Below, one piece after another: positions 1 to 13,014 of a stretch of 64,000 nt of DNA (its first letter is position 1; each line of letters opens with the position of its first letter). The notes below the pieces were generated by a model. It did not search any database and was not told where the DNA came from. It saw only the letters and a program-made list of their open reading frames with translations. The translations under genes were made by a program, and so were the position numbers. Source of the DNA: Octopus vulgaris (taxonomy: Eukaryota); assembly GCA_951406725.2 (NCBI GenBank), contig OX597829.1, forward strand, positions 26,908,001-26,972,000. The letters run 5' to 3'.

Positions 1-152
1 GTCAACAGAAGTTCGCCATTACCTTCTGCCGGAGCCGCGTGGAGCTTAGGTGTTTTGCTCATAAACACACACATCGCCCGGTCTGAGATTCAAACCCGCG
101 ATCCCTTGACCACGAGTCTGCTGCTCTAACCACTAGGCCACGTGCCTCCACA
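1..152 (-). mobile_element. tRNA-derived SINE, 5' head and body, truncated by the window edge
   Basis: Minus strand reads GTGGAGGCACGTGGCCTAGTGGTTAGAGCAGCAGACTC...GCGGGTTTGAATCTC. This gives an A box (TGGCCTAGTGG) and a B-box-like motif (GGTTTGAATC), followed by a non-tRNA body. Confidence 0.75.
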
Positions 153-345
153 CATCAAACTAGTACCCTAAACAAAATTCCTCTAGACCCTGATATTCTG
201 TGTGTGTACATTATTTAAAAAGAGTGTTGAATTATAGCAAAGGGCATTATAAAAGTATTAATAAAATAGGTGATAGTTAAAAATAATGTTTGGGAAAGTG
301 AAATAGAGAATAATATCAGCTCATATTAATACAACAAACACTTAC

Positions 346-534
346 TCTTTGCTCATCCAGCTTGAGCAGTTGTTCAGCAGTCTTTTGACCAGGAATGGCT
401 TGTTTTAAACAAGAAAGATTAACTTCTGGCAGTATATATTCCAAAACATCTTTATAAGGAACTCCTCTGGAACTACTTAAACGACTAGATGATGGTATAG
501 CATCTTCCAAGATGGAACCACGCAGTGTTGCGAG
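346..534 (-). CDS. SIPA1L: SIPA1L/SPAR-family RapGAP, third coding exon in the window (63 codons, phase 0/0)
   Basis: Acceptor ...ttttcttttaAG at 536-535 and donor GTAAGT from 345. Encodes LATLRGSILEDAIPSSSRLSSSRGVPYKDVLEYILPEVNLSCLKQAIPGQKTAEQLLKLDEQR, matching the recalled SIPA1L segment L.TLRGS.LEDAIPS...EQL.KLDEQ just before the RapGAP catalytic domain. Confidence 0.93.
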
Positions 535-2506
535 CTTAAAAAGAAAATAAATTTTAAAAAGTCAGATTTAGAAAGAAAGAAAAAACTAAAAAATTCCTTT
601 CTAAACAGAACAAAAATTTTGTTTTTCTTTTTTTTTTATTATTTGTTTCAATCATTGAACTGGAACATTACTTTAGAAGGTTTTCAGTCAGACAAACTGC
701 ACCCCATTACTTATTTTTAACCCTTTAGTGTTCAAACTGGCCATATCCAGCTCAAATATTCCAGTTGATTTATGTTCAGACAAGATTCAGCCTCTTAAAC
801 CTAGGCTTTACACAGTTTCTGTCTACCAAATTTATTCACAAAGTATAGGTTGGCCCAGAGCAGAAAGTAGAAGATACTCACCCTAGATGTCACACAGTGG
901 GACTGAACCTGAAACCATGTGGTTGCAAAGCGAGTTTCTTAACCACACAGCCATACCTGTACCTTGAGAGATTTACCAAGAATTTACTATTCTAAACAAA
1001 CAGAAACAATCACATCTTGGAAAACCAAGAAATACTTCAAGTTAAGTATTGCATGAGAATATTCTAGAAATGTTTAGGGTTACCCTGAATTATGTCTCCT
1101 TATTTTCAGAGGATAGTATTCTTTACAAATGGAAGGACAGATACATTTCTTAATTGCCAAAATGGCTTTCTAGAACATACTTAAGTTAGCCCTTATAGTT
1201 AATTTATGTCTTTACAGAAATGTTTAGATATCATACCAGTTGTGCCAATTGCAAATGTTGTGGTAGATACATTCCACAACAGCTAGAAGTCTTTGGTAAT
1301 TAGAACAAGAATTTGGTAATTAGAACATGCTGGGATACTGCGTTGAAGGGATTAATCAATCAAATTGGCCTCAGTGCTTATTTTTTAAGTTTGGTACTTG
1401 TCTCTTTTCACATAACTTAAGTTTAAGGGGCATAAACAGAACACCCCCTAACTGTCAAGTAGTGAAAGACACACACTTGTATATGCAGCAGCTTCCACAG
1501 TTTCAAACTACCAAATACACTCACAATGCTTTGGTCAGCCAGGGTCTGTAGTAATCATCCAAGAGTGCAGCACAGAAGGACTGAACCCCAAACCATGTGG
1601 TTGTGAAGAGTACCTATGTTTGTAACTTAAAATGACTATGACTCACCATGTTGTGGCAATTAAAAACAAATTATCTTATGCATACACTAATTTTTAAAAT
1701 ATTACCATCCTAATATTAGGATGTTAAAATATTAACATCTTACAATATTTATGGCTTGTATACTTTAATTAAAAGTACATTCATATTTGATGATCCATTC
1801 ATCAGTTTTGCAGATCACCTTCTGGAAAATGCTGAGCATTCCTGATTTTATAAGAATTAAAGATATTCCTCTCAATTATTTAGTGTCATTTCTGTTTCTG
1901 TATTAAAATTTGTAAATTATAAATCCTAATGAACTAGAACATTATTGCTGTAATTATCAAGTTATTTTGGCAAAAGGTCAGACTTTTATGCAAACAAGAC
2001 ATTTTACTGATACTTTGACCTTACCTAGTAACCCCAACGCCAATCATGTCATAAATAATACAAATATATTGTAGTCTGCCGATCTGGTACAAAATTCAAA
2101 AGTCTTAGAGCAAAAAGATATAAATATATAAAGTATCATTTGCCCAAAGCATTAAGAACAAAAGGGAAATAAAATAAACTGGATACATGGCACTGGTAGT
2201 TCTGTCACTATATAAGTGTATCAATTTCCTAAACATTGAAGGTGAGGTGCATATATGTGTGTGCACACACAATAAATGAATTAAATGCCATTTATTATAA
2301 ATATTTGTTTTAACTCTACATTCATGGAAAACAAAAGGTGGTTTGGGTAGAATATGAATTGGGTGTACATCACCAAAACGAAAAAGTCAGCCATTTACCA
2401 TCATCATGCTACCATTTCTGTTAACTTGCAACAGTCTCTCTCTCTCTCTCTTTCTCTCTATCTGTGGATTTATTCAATTGAGCTTCAATTGAGCAACATG
2501 TCAATT

Positions 2507-2971
2507 CTTGTAGATGACCAAACTGGTACCAACAAAGATGACAAGCTGGTAGAATAGTTAGCACCCCAGGCGAGCTGGCAGAAACGCCAGCATGCCGGGC
2601 GAAATGCTTAGCGGTAGTTGGGGGGGGGGGGGCAAAATAACCGCCAGACTTAAACAAAAGGTAAGTACTGGGGTAGATTTGTTTGATTAAACCGTCCAAG
2701 ATGATACCCCAACATAACTACAGTTCAAAGACTAAATCTAGTGACAGATAAAAAGTATAAAAATGTTAGATAAATATAAAACTTCACTTTCTTTGAAATA
2801 GTTTGATGAATTTATTACTTTGGGTAATAAATAAGAGGAATTCTATGTCACTGACTTGCTTGACATAATTGTCAAATCTCCCTCAAACCACAATAAAAAA
2901 ACACTTGTAGACGACCAAATTGGTACCAACAAAGATGACAAGCTGGTAGAATAGTTAGCACCCCAGGCGAG
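2507..2971 (+). repeat. ~65-bp direct duplication (about 2507-2574 and 2904-2971) that includes a SINE head
   Basis: CTTGTAGAyGACCAAAyTGGTACCAACAAAGATGACAAGCTGGTAGAATAGTTAGCACCCCAGGCGAG occurs twice, about 400 bp apart. Confidence 0.85.
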
Positions 2972-4124
2972 AAAATTGGATAAAGAAAATTGGATAACCT
3001 ACACCTAGATAATAAAACTATATCTGAATAAAGACAATGGTCTAAGCTGATCGAGACTGATCCAGAGCAAACCAACAGTCTCATTCAGGTGACCCAAATT
3101 TTCTTTCACTCTCTAACTTCCAATCAGCAAGAACCTGAAAGGGATGCAGATATAGAGGCTGTCTACCACTACAAACTAAAGAACTGAAGTCTAACAAAAA
3201 TAATAAATAAATAAAAACTGCAATTCTACTTACTGCAAGACATTAAACAAATCAAAAGTTGATGGCCAATTCTCAAGTTTTAATATAAAAAGCACCTTGG
3301 AATTTAATCTAGAACAGATTCCATTGAAATTATGGAGACCAACACATCTTTCAAATTACAATGACATTATTCTAACTAAAATGTCATGGTGAAACAACTT
3401 ATGTAAGCTATATAGGATTCTCAGCAAATTAAACAACTAATCTAGTTTTCTATTTCATGTTAACAGTTCTTCATATCAAATTTATCACTGTTTTACAGCT
3501 ATATTCTTGCATGCTTTCACCACATAGGTTTTAGGTTCAGTGCCACAGTGTGGCAGCTTGGGCAAGTTTCTTCTACTTTAGTCATGGGCTGACCAAAAAC
3601 CTTGTGAGTACATTTACTAGACAAAAACTGAAAGAAAGCCAACGTGTGTGTATGTGTGTGTGCGTGCACACGCATGTGTGAGATCATGCATCTGTATATA
3701 ATGTGTGGGTTGGGGAGGGGGCTAAATCCTCCTTGTTTTGACATTGTATGATAGTTGTAAACAACCATCATCCTTATGCAAATGGTGTTGTTTGTTTCAA
3801 ACCTTCCAAGTAAACATGTCCAGTCGTGAAGAATGGAAACAGGCGAGTGTTGGTGACAGGAGGGGCATCCAGCCATAGAAAACCTGCCTCAACAGACTGT
3901 CGAGCCCATACAAGCTTGGAAAGGTTAAAATATATTTTATGTTTTAAACTTATAAATAGTCTTTTTTATGTAATTTAAGAAATTTTAATTAACACCAAAA
4001 GTTTTCAATATTTTTTTTCTTTCATAATTATTCAGAGTTGAAGTTCATTTATTTTTTTCTTAAATCAGTAAATGGCTATGAAAATTAATAGTTTACAGTT
4101 AATTTACTATATGTATGTGTGTGT

Positions 4125-4126
<2 letters not shown>

Positions 4127-4186
<60 letters not shown>

Positions 4187-7100
4187 TAGATAGAGATAGA
4201 GATAGAGAAAGATAGAGAAAGATAGAGAGATAGAGAAAGATAGAGAGATAGACAGATATACAGAGATAGACAGACAGAGATAGACTGACAGAGATAGACA
4301 GACAGAGATAGACAGACAGAGATAGACAGACAGAGATAGACAGACAGAGATAGACTGACAGAGATAGACTGACAGAGATAGACTGACAGAGATAGACTGA
4401 CAGAGATAGACATGCAGACAGAGACATGCAGACAGAGACATGCAGACAGAGACATGCAGACAGAGACATGCAGACAGAGACATGCAGAAAGAGACATACA
4501 GACAGAGACATACAGACAGACATACAGACAGAGACATACAGATAGAGACATACTGACAGAGACATACTGAAAGCAACATACAGACAGAGACATACAGACA
4601 GAGACATACAGAAAGAGACATACAGAAAGAGACATACAGACAGAGACATACAGACAGAGACATACAGAAAGAGACATACTGACAGAGACATACTGACAGA
4701 GACATACAGACAGAGACATACAGACAGAGACATACAGACAGAGACATACAGACAGAGACATACAGACAGAGACATACAGACAGAGACATACAGACAGAGA
4801 CATACAGACAGAGACATACAGACAGAGACATACAGACAGAGACATACTGACAGAGACATACTGACAGAGACATACAGAAAGAGACATACAGAAAGAGACA
4901 TACAGAAAGAGACATACAGACAGAGACATACAGACAGACAGACAGAGACATACAGACAGAGACATACAGACAGAGACATACAGACAGAGACATACAGAAA
5001 GAGACATACAAACAGAGACATACAAACAGAGACATACTGACAGAGACATACTGACAGAGACATACAGAAAGAGACATACAGACAGAGACATACAGACAGA
5101 GACATACAGACAGAGACATACAGACAGAGACATACAGACAGAGACATACAGACAGAGACATACAGACAGAGACATACAGACAGAGACATACAGACAGAGA
5201 CATACAGACAGAGACATACTGACAGAGACATACTGACAGAGACATACAGACAGAGACATACAGACAGAGACATACAGACAGAGACATACAGAAAGAGACA
5301 TACAGAAAGAGACATACAGAAAGAGACATACAGAAAGAGACATACAGACAGAGACATACAGACAGAGACATACAGACAGAGACATACAGACAGAGACATA
5401 CAGACAGAGACATACAGACAGAGACATACTGACAGAGACATACAGAAAGAGACATACAGACAGAGACATACAGAAAGAGACATACAGACAGAGACATACA
5501 GACAGAGACATACAGAAAGAGACATACAGACAGAGACATACAGACAGAGACATACTGACAGAGACATGACAGAGACATACAGACAGAGACATACAGACAG
5601 AGACATACAGACAGAGACATACAGACAGAGACATACAGACAGAGACATACAGACAGAGACATACAGAAAGAGACATACAGAAAGAGACATACAAACAGAG
5701 ACATACTGACAGAGACATACTGACAGAGACATACAGACAGAGACATACAGACAGAGACATACAGAAAGAGACATACAGACAGAGACATACAGAAAGAGAC
5801 ATACAGAAAGAGACATACAGAAAGAGACATACAGACAGAGACATACAGACAGAGACATACAGACAGAGACATACAGACAGAGACATACAGACAGAGACAT
5901 ACAGACAGAGACATACAGAAAGAGACATACAGAAAGAGACATACAGACAGAGACATACAGACAGAGACATACAGACAGAGACATACAGACAGAGACATAC
6001 AGACAGAGACATACAGACAGAGACATACAGACAGAGACATACAGACAGAGACAGACAGAGACATACAGACAGAGACATACAGACAGAGACATACAGACAG
6101 AGACATACAGAAAGAGACATACAGACAGAGACATACAGACAGAGACATACAGACAGAGACATACAGACAGAGACATACAGACAGAGACATACAGACAGAG
6201 ACATACAGACAGAGACATACAGACAGAGACATACAGACAGAGACATACAGAAAGAGACATACAGACAGAGACATACAGACAGAGACATACAGACAGAGAC
6301 ATACAGACAGAGACATACTGACAGAGACATACAGACAGAGACATACAGACAGAGACATACAGACAGAGACATACAGACAGAGACATACAGACAGAGACAT
6401 ACAGAAAGAGACATACAGACAGAGACATACAGACAGAGACATACAGACAGAGACATACAGACAGAGACATACAGACAGAGACATACAGACAGAGACATAC
6501 AGACAGAGACATACAGACAGAGACATACAGACAGAGACATACAGACAGAGACATACAGACAGAGACATACAGAAAGAGACATACAGACAGAGACATACAG
6601 ACAGAGACATACAGAAAGAGACATACAGAAAGAGACATACAGAAAGAGACATACAGACAGAGACATACAGACAGAGACATACAGACAGAGACATACAGAC
6701 AGAGACATACAGACAGAGACATACAGACAGAGACATACAGACAGAGACATACAGACAGAGACATACAGACAGAGACATACAGACAGAGACATACAGACAG
6801 AGACATACAGACAGAGACATACAGACAGAGACATACAGAAAGAGACATACAGACAGAGACATACAGACAGAGACATACAGACAGAGACATACAGAGACAT
6901 ACAGACAGAGACATACAGACAGAGACATACAGACAGAAAGAGACATACAGAAGAGACATACAGACAGAGACATACAGACAGAGACATACAGACAGAGACA
7001 TACAGACAGAGACATACAGACAGAGACATACAGAGACAGAGACATACAGACAGAGACATACTGACAGAGACATACAGAAAGACATACAGACAAGAGACAT

Positions 7101-8611
7101 ACACAACTGACAGAGACATACAGACAGAGACATACAGACAGAGACATACATACAGACAGAGACATACAGACAGAGACATACTGACAGAGACATACAGAAA
7201 GAGACATACAGAAAGAGACATACAGAAAGAGACATACAGAAAGAGACATACAGACAGAGACATACAGACAGAGACATACAGACAGAGACATACAGAGAAA
7301 GAGACATACAGACAGAGACATACAGACAGAGACATACAGACAGACATACAGAGACAGAGACATACAGACAGAGACATACAGACAGAGACATACAGAAAGA
7401 GACATACTGACAGAGACATACTGACAGAGACATACTGACAGAGACATACAGAAAGAGACATACAGACAGAGACATACAGAAAGAGACATACAGACAGAGA
7501 CATACAGACAGAGACATACAGAAAGAGACATACAGAAAGAGACATACAGACAGAGACATACAGACAGAGACATACAGACAGAGACATACTGACAGAGACA
7601 TACTGACAGAGACATACTGACAGAGACATACAGAAAGAGACATACAGAGACATACAGAAAGAGACATACAGAGACATACAGAAAGAGACATACAGACAGA
7701 GACATACAGACAGAGACATACAGACAGAGACATACAGACAGAGACATACAGAAAGAGACATACAGACAGAGACATACAGACAGAGACATACAGACAGAGA
7801 CATACAGACAGAGACATACAAGAGACATACAGACAGAGACATACAGACAGAGACATACAGAAAGAGACATACAGACAGAGACATACTGACAGAGACATAC
7901 AGACAGAGACATACAGACAGAGACATACAGACAGAGACATACAGAAAGAGACATACAGAAAGAGACATACAGAAAGAGACATACAGAAAGAGACATACAG
8001 AAAGAGACATACATATACAGACAGAGACATACAGACAGAGACATACAGACAGAGACATACAGACAGAGACATACAGACAGAGACATACAGAAAGAGACAT
8101 ACAGAAAGAGACATACAGAAAGAGACATACAGACAGAGACATACAGACAGAGACATACAGACAGAGACATACAGACAGAGACATACAGACAGAGACATAC
8201 AGACAGAGACATACAGACAGAGACATACAGACAGAGACATACAGAAAGAGACATACAGAAAGAGACATACAGAAAGAGACATACAGAAAGAGAGACATAC
8301 AGACAGAGACATACAGACAGAGACATACAGACAGAGACATACAGACAGAGACATACAGACAGAGACATACAGACAGAGACATACAGACAGATACATACAG
8401 ATAGAGACATACAGAAAGAGACATACTGATAGAGATAGATATTGAGATAGATAGAAATAGACAGAGATAAGATAGAGATAGACAGACAGATAGATAGATA
8501 GACAGATATAGATAGATAGAGATAGATAGAGATAGACAGATATAGATAGATAGATATATACATAGATATAGATAGATAGACAGAGATAGATAGACATAGA
8601 CAGACAGACAG
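4127..8611. repeat. Compound tandem array: (GA)n, then roughly 300 copies of the 14-bp unit CAGACAGAGACATA and variants, then (GATA/GACA)n
   Basis: The periodicity is directly visible. Minus-strand translation repeats [14 protein letters not shown] (42 nt = 3 x 14). Variant units include CAGAAAGAGACATA, CTGACAGAGACATA, CAGACAGAGACATG and CAGACAGAGATAGA. Confidence 0.97.
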
Positions 8612-9510
8612 ATTTCTTTTCTAAGCCACATAGGACCAAACAAAGAGGGGACAATACCTTGTAGAATTTTTCTTTTCAAAATCAATCAATGAGGATCAAA
8701 AACATTTTGGGATGTACACAAAGAAATAACAAGGTAACATTTTAACAACAGACATTCCCAAACGAGGGAGAAAATAGAACACTGACTAGGGTTATCCACG
8801 GAAAGAAAATCCTATGCAAAACAACCACAGTAACCTTGGAAAAAACCATGAGAGCAAGCACCCTTTCTCATTTTGTTTTATAAGTTCATGCTCAAAGTGG
8901 GTCCGTCATTTATGCATACCATCTTTGCTACATTCATCCACCTTTTATTAAACTTTTCATTAGACAAAACTTCCCTCTCTACTCACATTCCTTTTCAAGT
9001 AATACTTGAAAAAGTTGATGAGAGGTTGGCCAGAGAAGAAAGGTTTTGTCTCTAAGCCTTTCAAACGAGTCCACCATACACATTCTGCATCTCGGTTCGG
9101 TGTTTCATGAACCATGCCTGTAGACCTTATCTCGAGAATGAGCAATGCTCCCCAACAGCACTGCCAGACCAGGGATCTCTGAAAATTGTCCATAGGTCCT
9201 GGCCCAAAAGACTTCCTGAAGAGGTGAGTCAGGTATTCCCTGTTGACGCCCAGAGTCTCCCCAAGAACATCGTCATACCTCCACTAATCCTCTATAGAAC
9301 GCCTACGTGGGATTGAAATCACACAAGTTTGAACCCGGATGGCAGAGCTGCTCAAGAGTGGTGCCATTCGCTCAACCTCAGTCTCTGCTTGATCCATAAT
9401 TGCAGTTTGGTCAATGAGACGAGCTGTGGAAACATGCACTTCACAAACAGTGACCACACCTGATCACCATCGTCTATGAAAGACTGGAGATGTCGCAGTC
9501 TCAGCACAGA
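8612..9510 (-). mobile_element. Degenerate, 5'-truncated L1/Tx1-clade LINE fragment (ORF2 C-terminus plus 3' UTR)
   Basis: Disrupted frames read LRLRHLQSFIDDGDQVWSLFVK, MDNFQRSLVWQCCWGAL and CVWWTRLKGLETKPFFSGQPLINFFKYYLKR, resembling the post-RT region of Tx1-like ORF2. The CCHC part appears deleted. The T-rich 3' UTR ends ...GGCTTAGAAAAGAAA at the satellite. Confidence 0.65.
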
Positions 9511-9704
9511 CACACACACACACACACACACACACAATGTCTTGAAGCAAAAGCTCAAAACAGGTTATATAATTTCTACTGCAATGATGATTCACTCCAC
9601 TGTAATGGAATGAATCAGCTGGGGTGGAGAGGAGGCACCTGTGAACAGACACACACACACAAATAAATTAGCCAATGTTATATAAATAGACTTATGCAAC
9701 ATAC

Positions 9705-9850
9705 CTCACTTGTTCTGAAGATGACACGGAACTGAAACTGACCGTAATCAGCTTTACCATTATTATTTTCGCGACCATCAGTTTTTTCTCTTTTAATACT
9801 GATAGCAGTGGGTCCAAGATTTTCATCAATACCAAAATAATTTTGATGAT
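9705..9850 (-). CDS. SIPA1L: SIPA1L/SPAR-family RapGAP, second coding exon (146 nt, phase 1/0)
   Basis: Acceptor ttttttttgtattcAG at 9852-9851 and donor GTATGT from 9704. With the G from the upstream exon it reads DHQNYFGIDENLGPTAISIKREKTDGRENNNGKADYGQFQFRVIFRTSE, matching the recalled SIPA1L motif H.NYFG.DENLGP.A.SI.REK...R.IFRTSE. Confidence 0.94.
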
Positions 9851-10476
9851 CTGAATACAAAAAAAATAAAAGCATTTAAAAAAATTGAGAGAGAGAGAGA
9901 TAAAACAAGTTAACATGTACATAGCAAAATAAAATGTATTATACAAAACTAACAAAAACACCTGCCCTCTGGGAAATTTTATGTTAAAAATGTCATGTTT
10001 GCTTTTAGAAAAGTGATGTACATTATATATATATACGTATATATTCACCTGTATATGCAATGAATTAACTTACTTTTGAAAGTCATTTCATCATATTCAA
10101 CATTCATCTCGTATTTCCTGAAATGTTCCCCAAAATTTTATTTCTTCACAAATATTTTTATAATAATGTATATTATTTTTCAAAAATGATAAATGTAGTT
10201 CCATTTTTTGAAACACGCTAAATAGCGCATTTTGCTTTTTAAAGTAGAATCTCCTTGTGGACACAAATGTCAGTAAACATACTGTTTCCATTTCTCTCAG
10301 CAAATATTTTTATATTAGCCTTCTTTTGAACTTTAAAATAATGCAACATAGAGCTGACTGTATGAGAACTGTGTAGGCTTTCTTTTAGTCAAAGTTACAT
10401 AATTCCAATTAATTGATAAACAATTTTCTTTATTATAGCATACAGTATCTCTAAGCAAAATGTTGTAATTACTTAC

Positions 10477-10517
<41 letters not shown>

Positions 10518-10598
10518 CTATATAGTGATACTAATAACCTGGTGTTAGTACTCTATATGCATATGCTTCAGAATAAAGTATTAGTTGGCTACAAAGTG

Positions 10599-10793
10599 TA
10601 ATATGACATTAAATGAATGACAAAGGAATGTGAGATTTATGCAAACACTTCATTATCTTACAGCTGTTCCTGCCGTAAGATGCAGTACAGTCTGATTTGC
10701 ACACACTGCATCTCGAAGCAGAAACAGCTGTGAGCTAATGAAGTGCACTGAATAATCTCCTCTTCCTTTGTCATCTATCTAATGTCATATTAT
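10599..10793. repeat. Imperfect fold-back inverted repeat with ~85-bp arms
   Basis: Left arm TAATATGACATTAAATGAATGACAAAGGAA...CACTTCATTATCTTACAGCTGTTCCTGCCGTAAGATGCAGT is the approximate reverse complement of ACTGCATCTCGAAGCAGAAACAGCTGTGAGCTAATGAAGTG...TTCCTTTGTCATCTATCTAATGTCATATTA. Confidence 0.85.
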
Positions 10794-11652
10794 GGTCTGT
10801 ACTCAAAATGTGTGTGTGTGTGATGCAGGTGTATGTACATTTATGTTAGGGTATTTATGTACAAGTTTACAAGTATATGTTACTTAAATGTTTTGTAAAT
10901 ATATCACCAACAGACTGCTTACATTTATGTATTTTTCTAATTATTATCAATTTAATTAGTTATCTATATTCTGCATTATTTATTCATTCAATTATCCAGT
11001 TATTTATTTATTTTATTACATATTTATTTACTTATACTGCAAAGTGTGTTTGTATATATTCTAGGTATCAGGTTGCTCGCTTAACATGAATTTGCATTAT
11101 TTGATTATCATTTTTATTATATCCGCTATTATATCTAATTCTTTGATGTCATATTTTGTACAGAAATTTAAATTGTGAATGAAATTCATTTCAAATATTT
11201 AAATCACAAAAATATTCTGAAATATTTCAACTGTTTACAGATTACAGAATTAGTGAAAGCTGAATTTCTTTGCTAAAACATTAAATCTATAGGTACTGTT
11301 ATGTGTCATAGGAATTGAAGCCAATTACCAGGTTCCACGATGTATATATGTGATCAAGACCACAACATTCAACCTGAGAGGGATGCCAGTCTGTCACAAG
11401 GTTACTCATTTAAAGCCGAGCGGACTAAATCAATGTGAAATTAAATATTTTATTTAAGAACACAACATGCTACCCAATCCAAGAATTGAAACCATATTAT
11501 GGTTAAGAATTGAACATTCACTATCAAATCAGCAAAATATGATTAATTCTTTCTATATTTATCAACTCAAATTGAGTCTCTCTTGATATTTAAACCAATA
11601 ATTTATATAAATTATTACTATTTTTTATATATGTTCTCAGAAGCATTCACTT

Positions 11653-11693
<41 letters not shown>

Positions 11694-13014
11694 TGTGTGT
11701 GTGTGCGCGCGCACTTGTGTGGGAAAGTGTGTGATGTAAAAATCAAAAGAGACATTGAAATAGTAAATAGATTTTAACTTGTCTATGCAATGATTCCAAT
11801 TTATGGACACACTAATTTTATCAATTCGAAATTTAAAAATGAAAAACCTCAAGAAATGAAATTGGTGTCGGGAAGAAAGAGGAACAAATTCTGTACCATT
11901 TTTGTATCAGAAATAAGAGTCAAGTACTTTAAGAATATTTTTTTGACTAAGATACAGAGATATTTTGCACAATTTTAAAACACCACCACCTTACTGTTTA
12001 GCATAGAAACACCAGTACGTTTTTGTCTCCCTAAAGTTAAAATAGGGACCACATGAACCAAAAATAAAGATTCTTTGTATTATGTACTTTGCTATCTCAA
12101 TGTAGCAGCCAAAATCCTCCCCTTCCAACAAACTTCCTACTGTCTTTAACTCCTATTAAATGGTTGATCTGATTTATCTCTTCAAAAATACATATGTACA
12201 CACACACTTTTTCTTTTCAATTGGGATTCAGAAATTCTTTATTGGAATTTAACATAGTAGCTGCCTTATTCTTGAGGTATATGAAGACATAAAAGGCATT
12301 TTTAACTTTTAAAATCCTTCCTCTAAAAAAATAACCAAACAAAAAAGCAGGCTGTGAACCTTAAATCCTGTCATGTCCCCTATCTTTGTAACTACCAATG
12401 TTTTATACACCAACATTTACTTGTATGCCAAGAATTCTCAATCTTTTTCATTCCTTACTCTCTGTCAACATTTTGAAAGTAAATTTATCCCAAATACACT
12501 GTTTTTATACAGTTGTTTGTCTTCACACTTCTGCCAAAATAAAACAATCAGCCAAGTAGAAATTTAAAATAGTGTTTTTAAACATTGTTATTTTAAGTTC
12601 AAATAACAACAATTGCACATATGATAGCATATAATATTATTTCAGAAGAGCATGGTAGTTTGCTTAAAGAAGTAAAATAAATCATTTTTATTCTGTTCAC
12701 TTCTGATGATGGGCCTTTGTGACTGAAATACATGAAGTTTACTTAACTTTCCCTTTTCACATTGTAAGAAGCTCTCCATCTTTGTTATTTTAACTAATGT
12801 TATTTCACATATTAATGAACTAATGGTGACTGGATACCAGGATGAAACACAGTCTTCTGAATCAGACAATTCCATTAACAACACAGTAATTAACAAGTTC
12901 TCAATAGACATCATTAAATCTAAATGAATAGAAAGAAAAAGAATGGAATTGTTTCACAAAATAACCCTACTTCCAATTCTTTTCTTCACAACATCAAATT
13001 TTTAAAAATTATAA

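Noticed and set aside
4260-8430. CRISPR-like or information-bearing repeat array
   Set aside because: The units are contiguous with no unique spacers, the context is eukaryotic, and there are no cas genes.
4085-8685. Three overlapping ~1500-aa Cys/Ser/Val/Leu-rich ORFs
   Set aside because: They are an artefact of a 14-bp repeat lacking stop codons on the minus strand. All three frames give the same periodic peptide, and the region lies in an intron.
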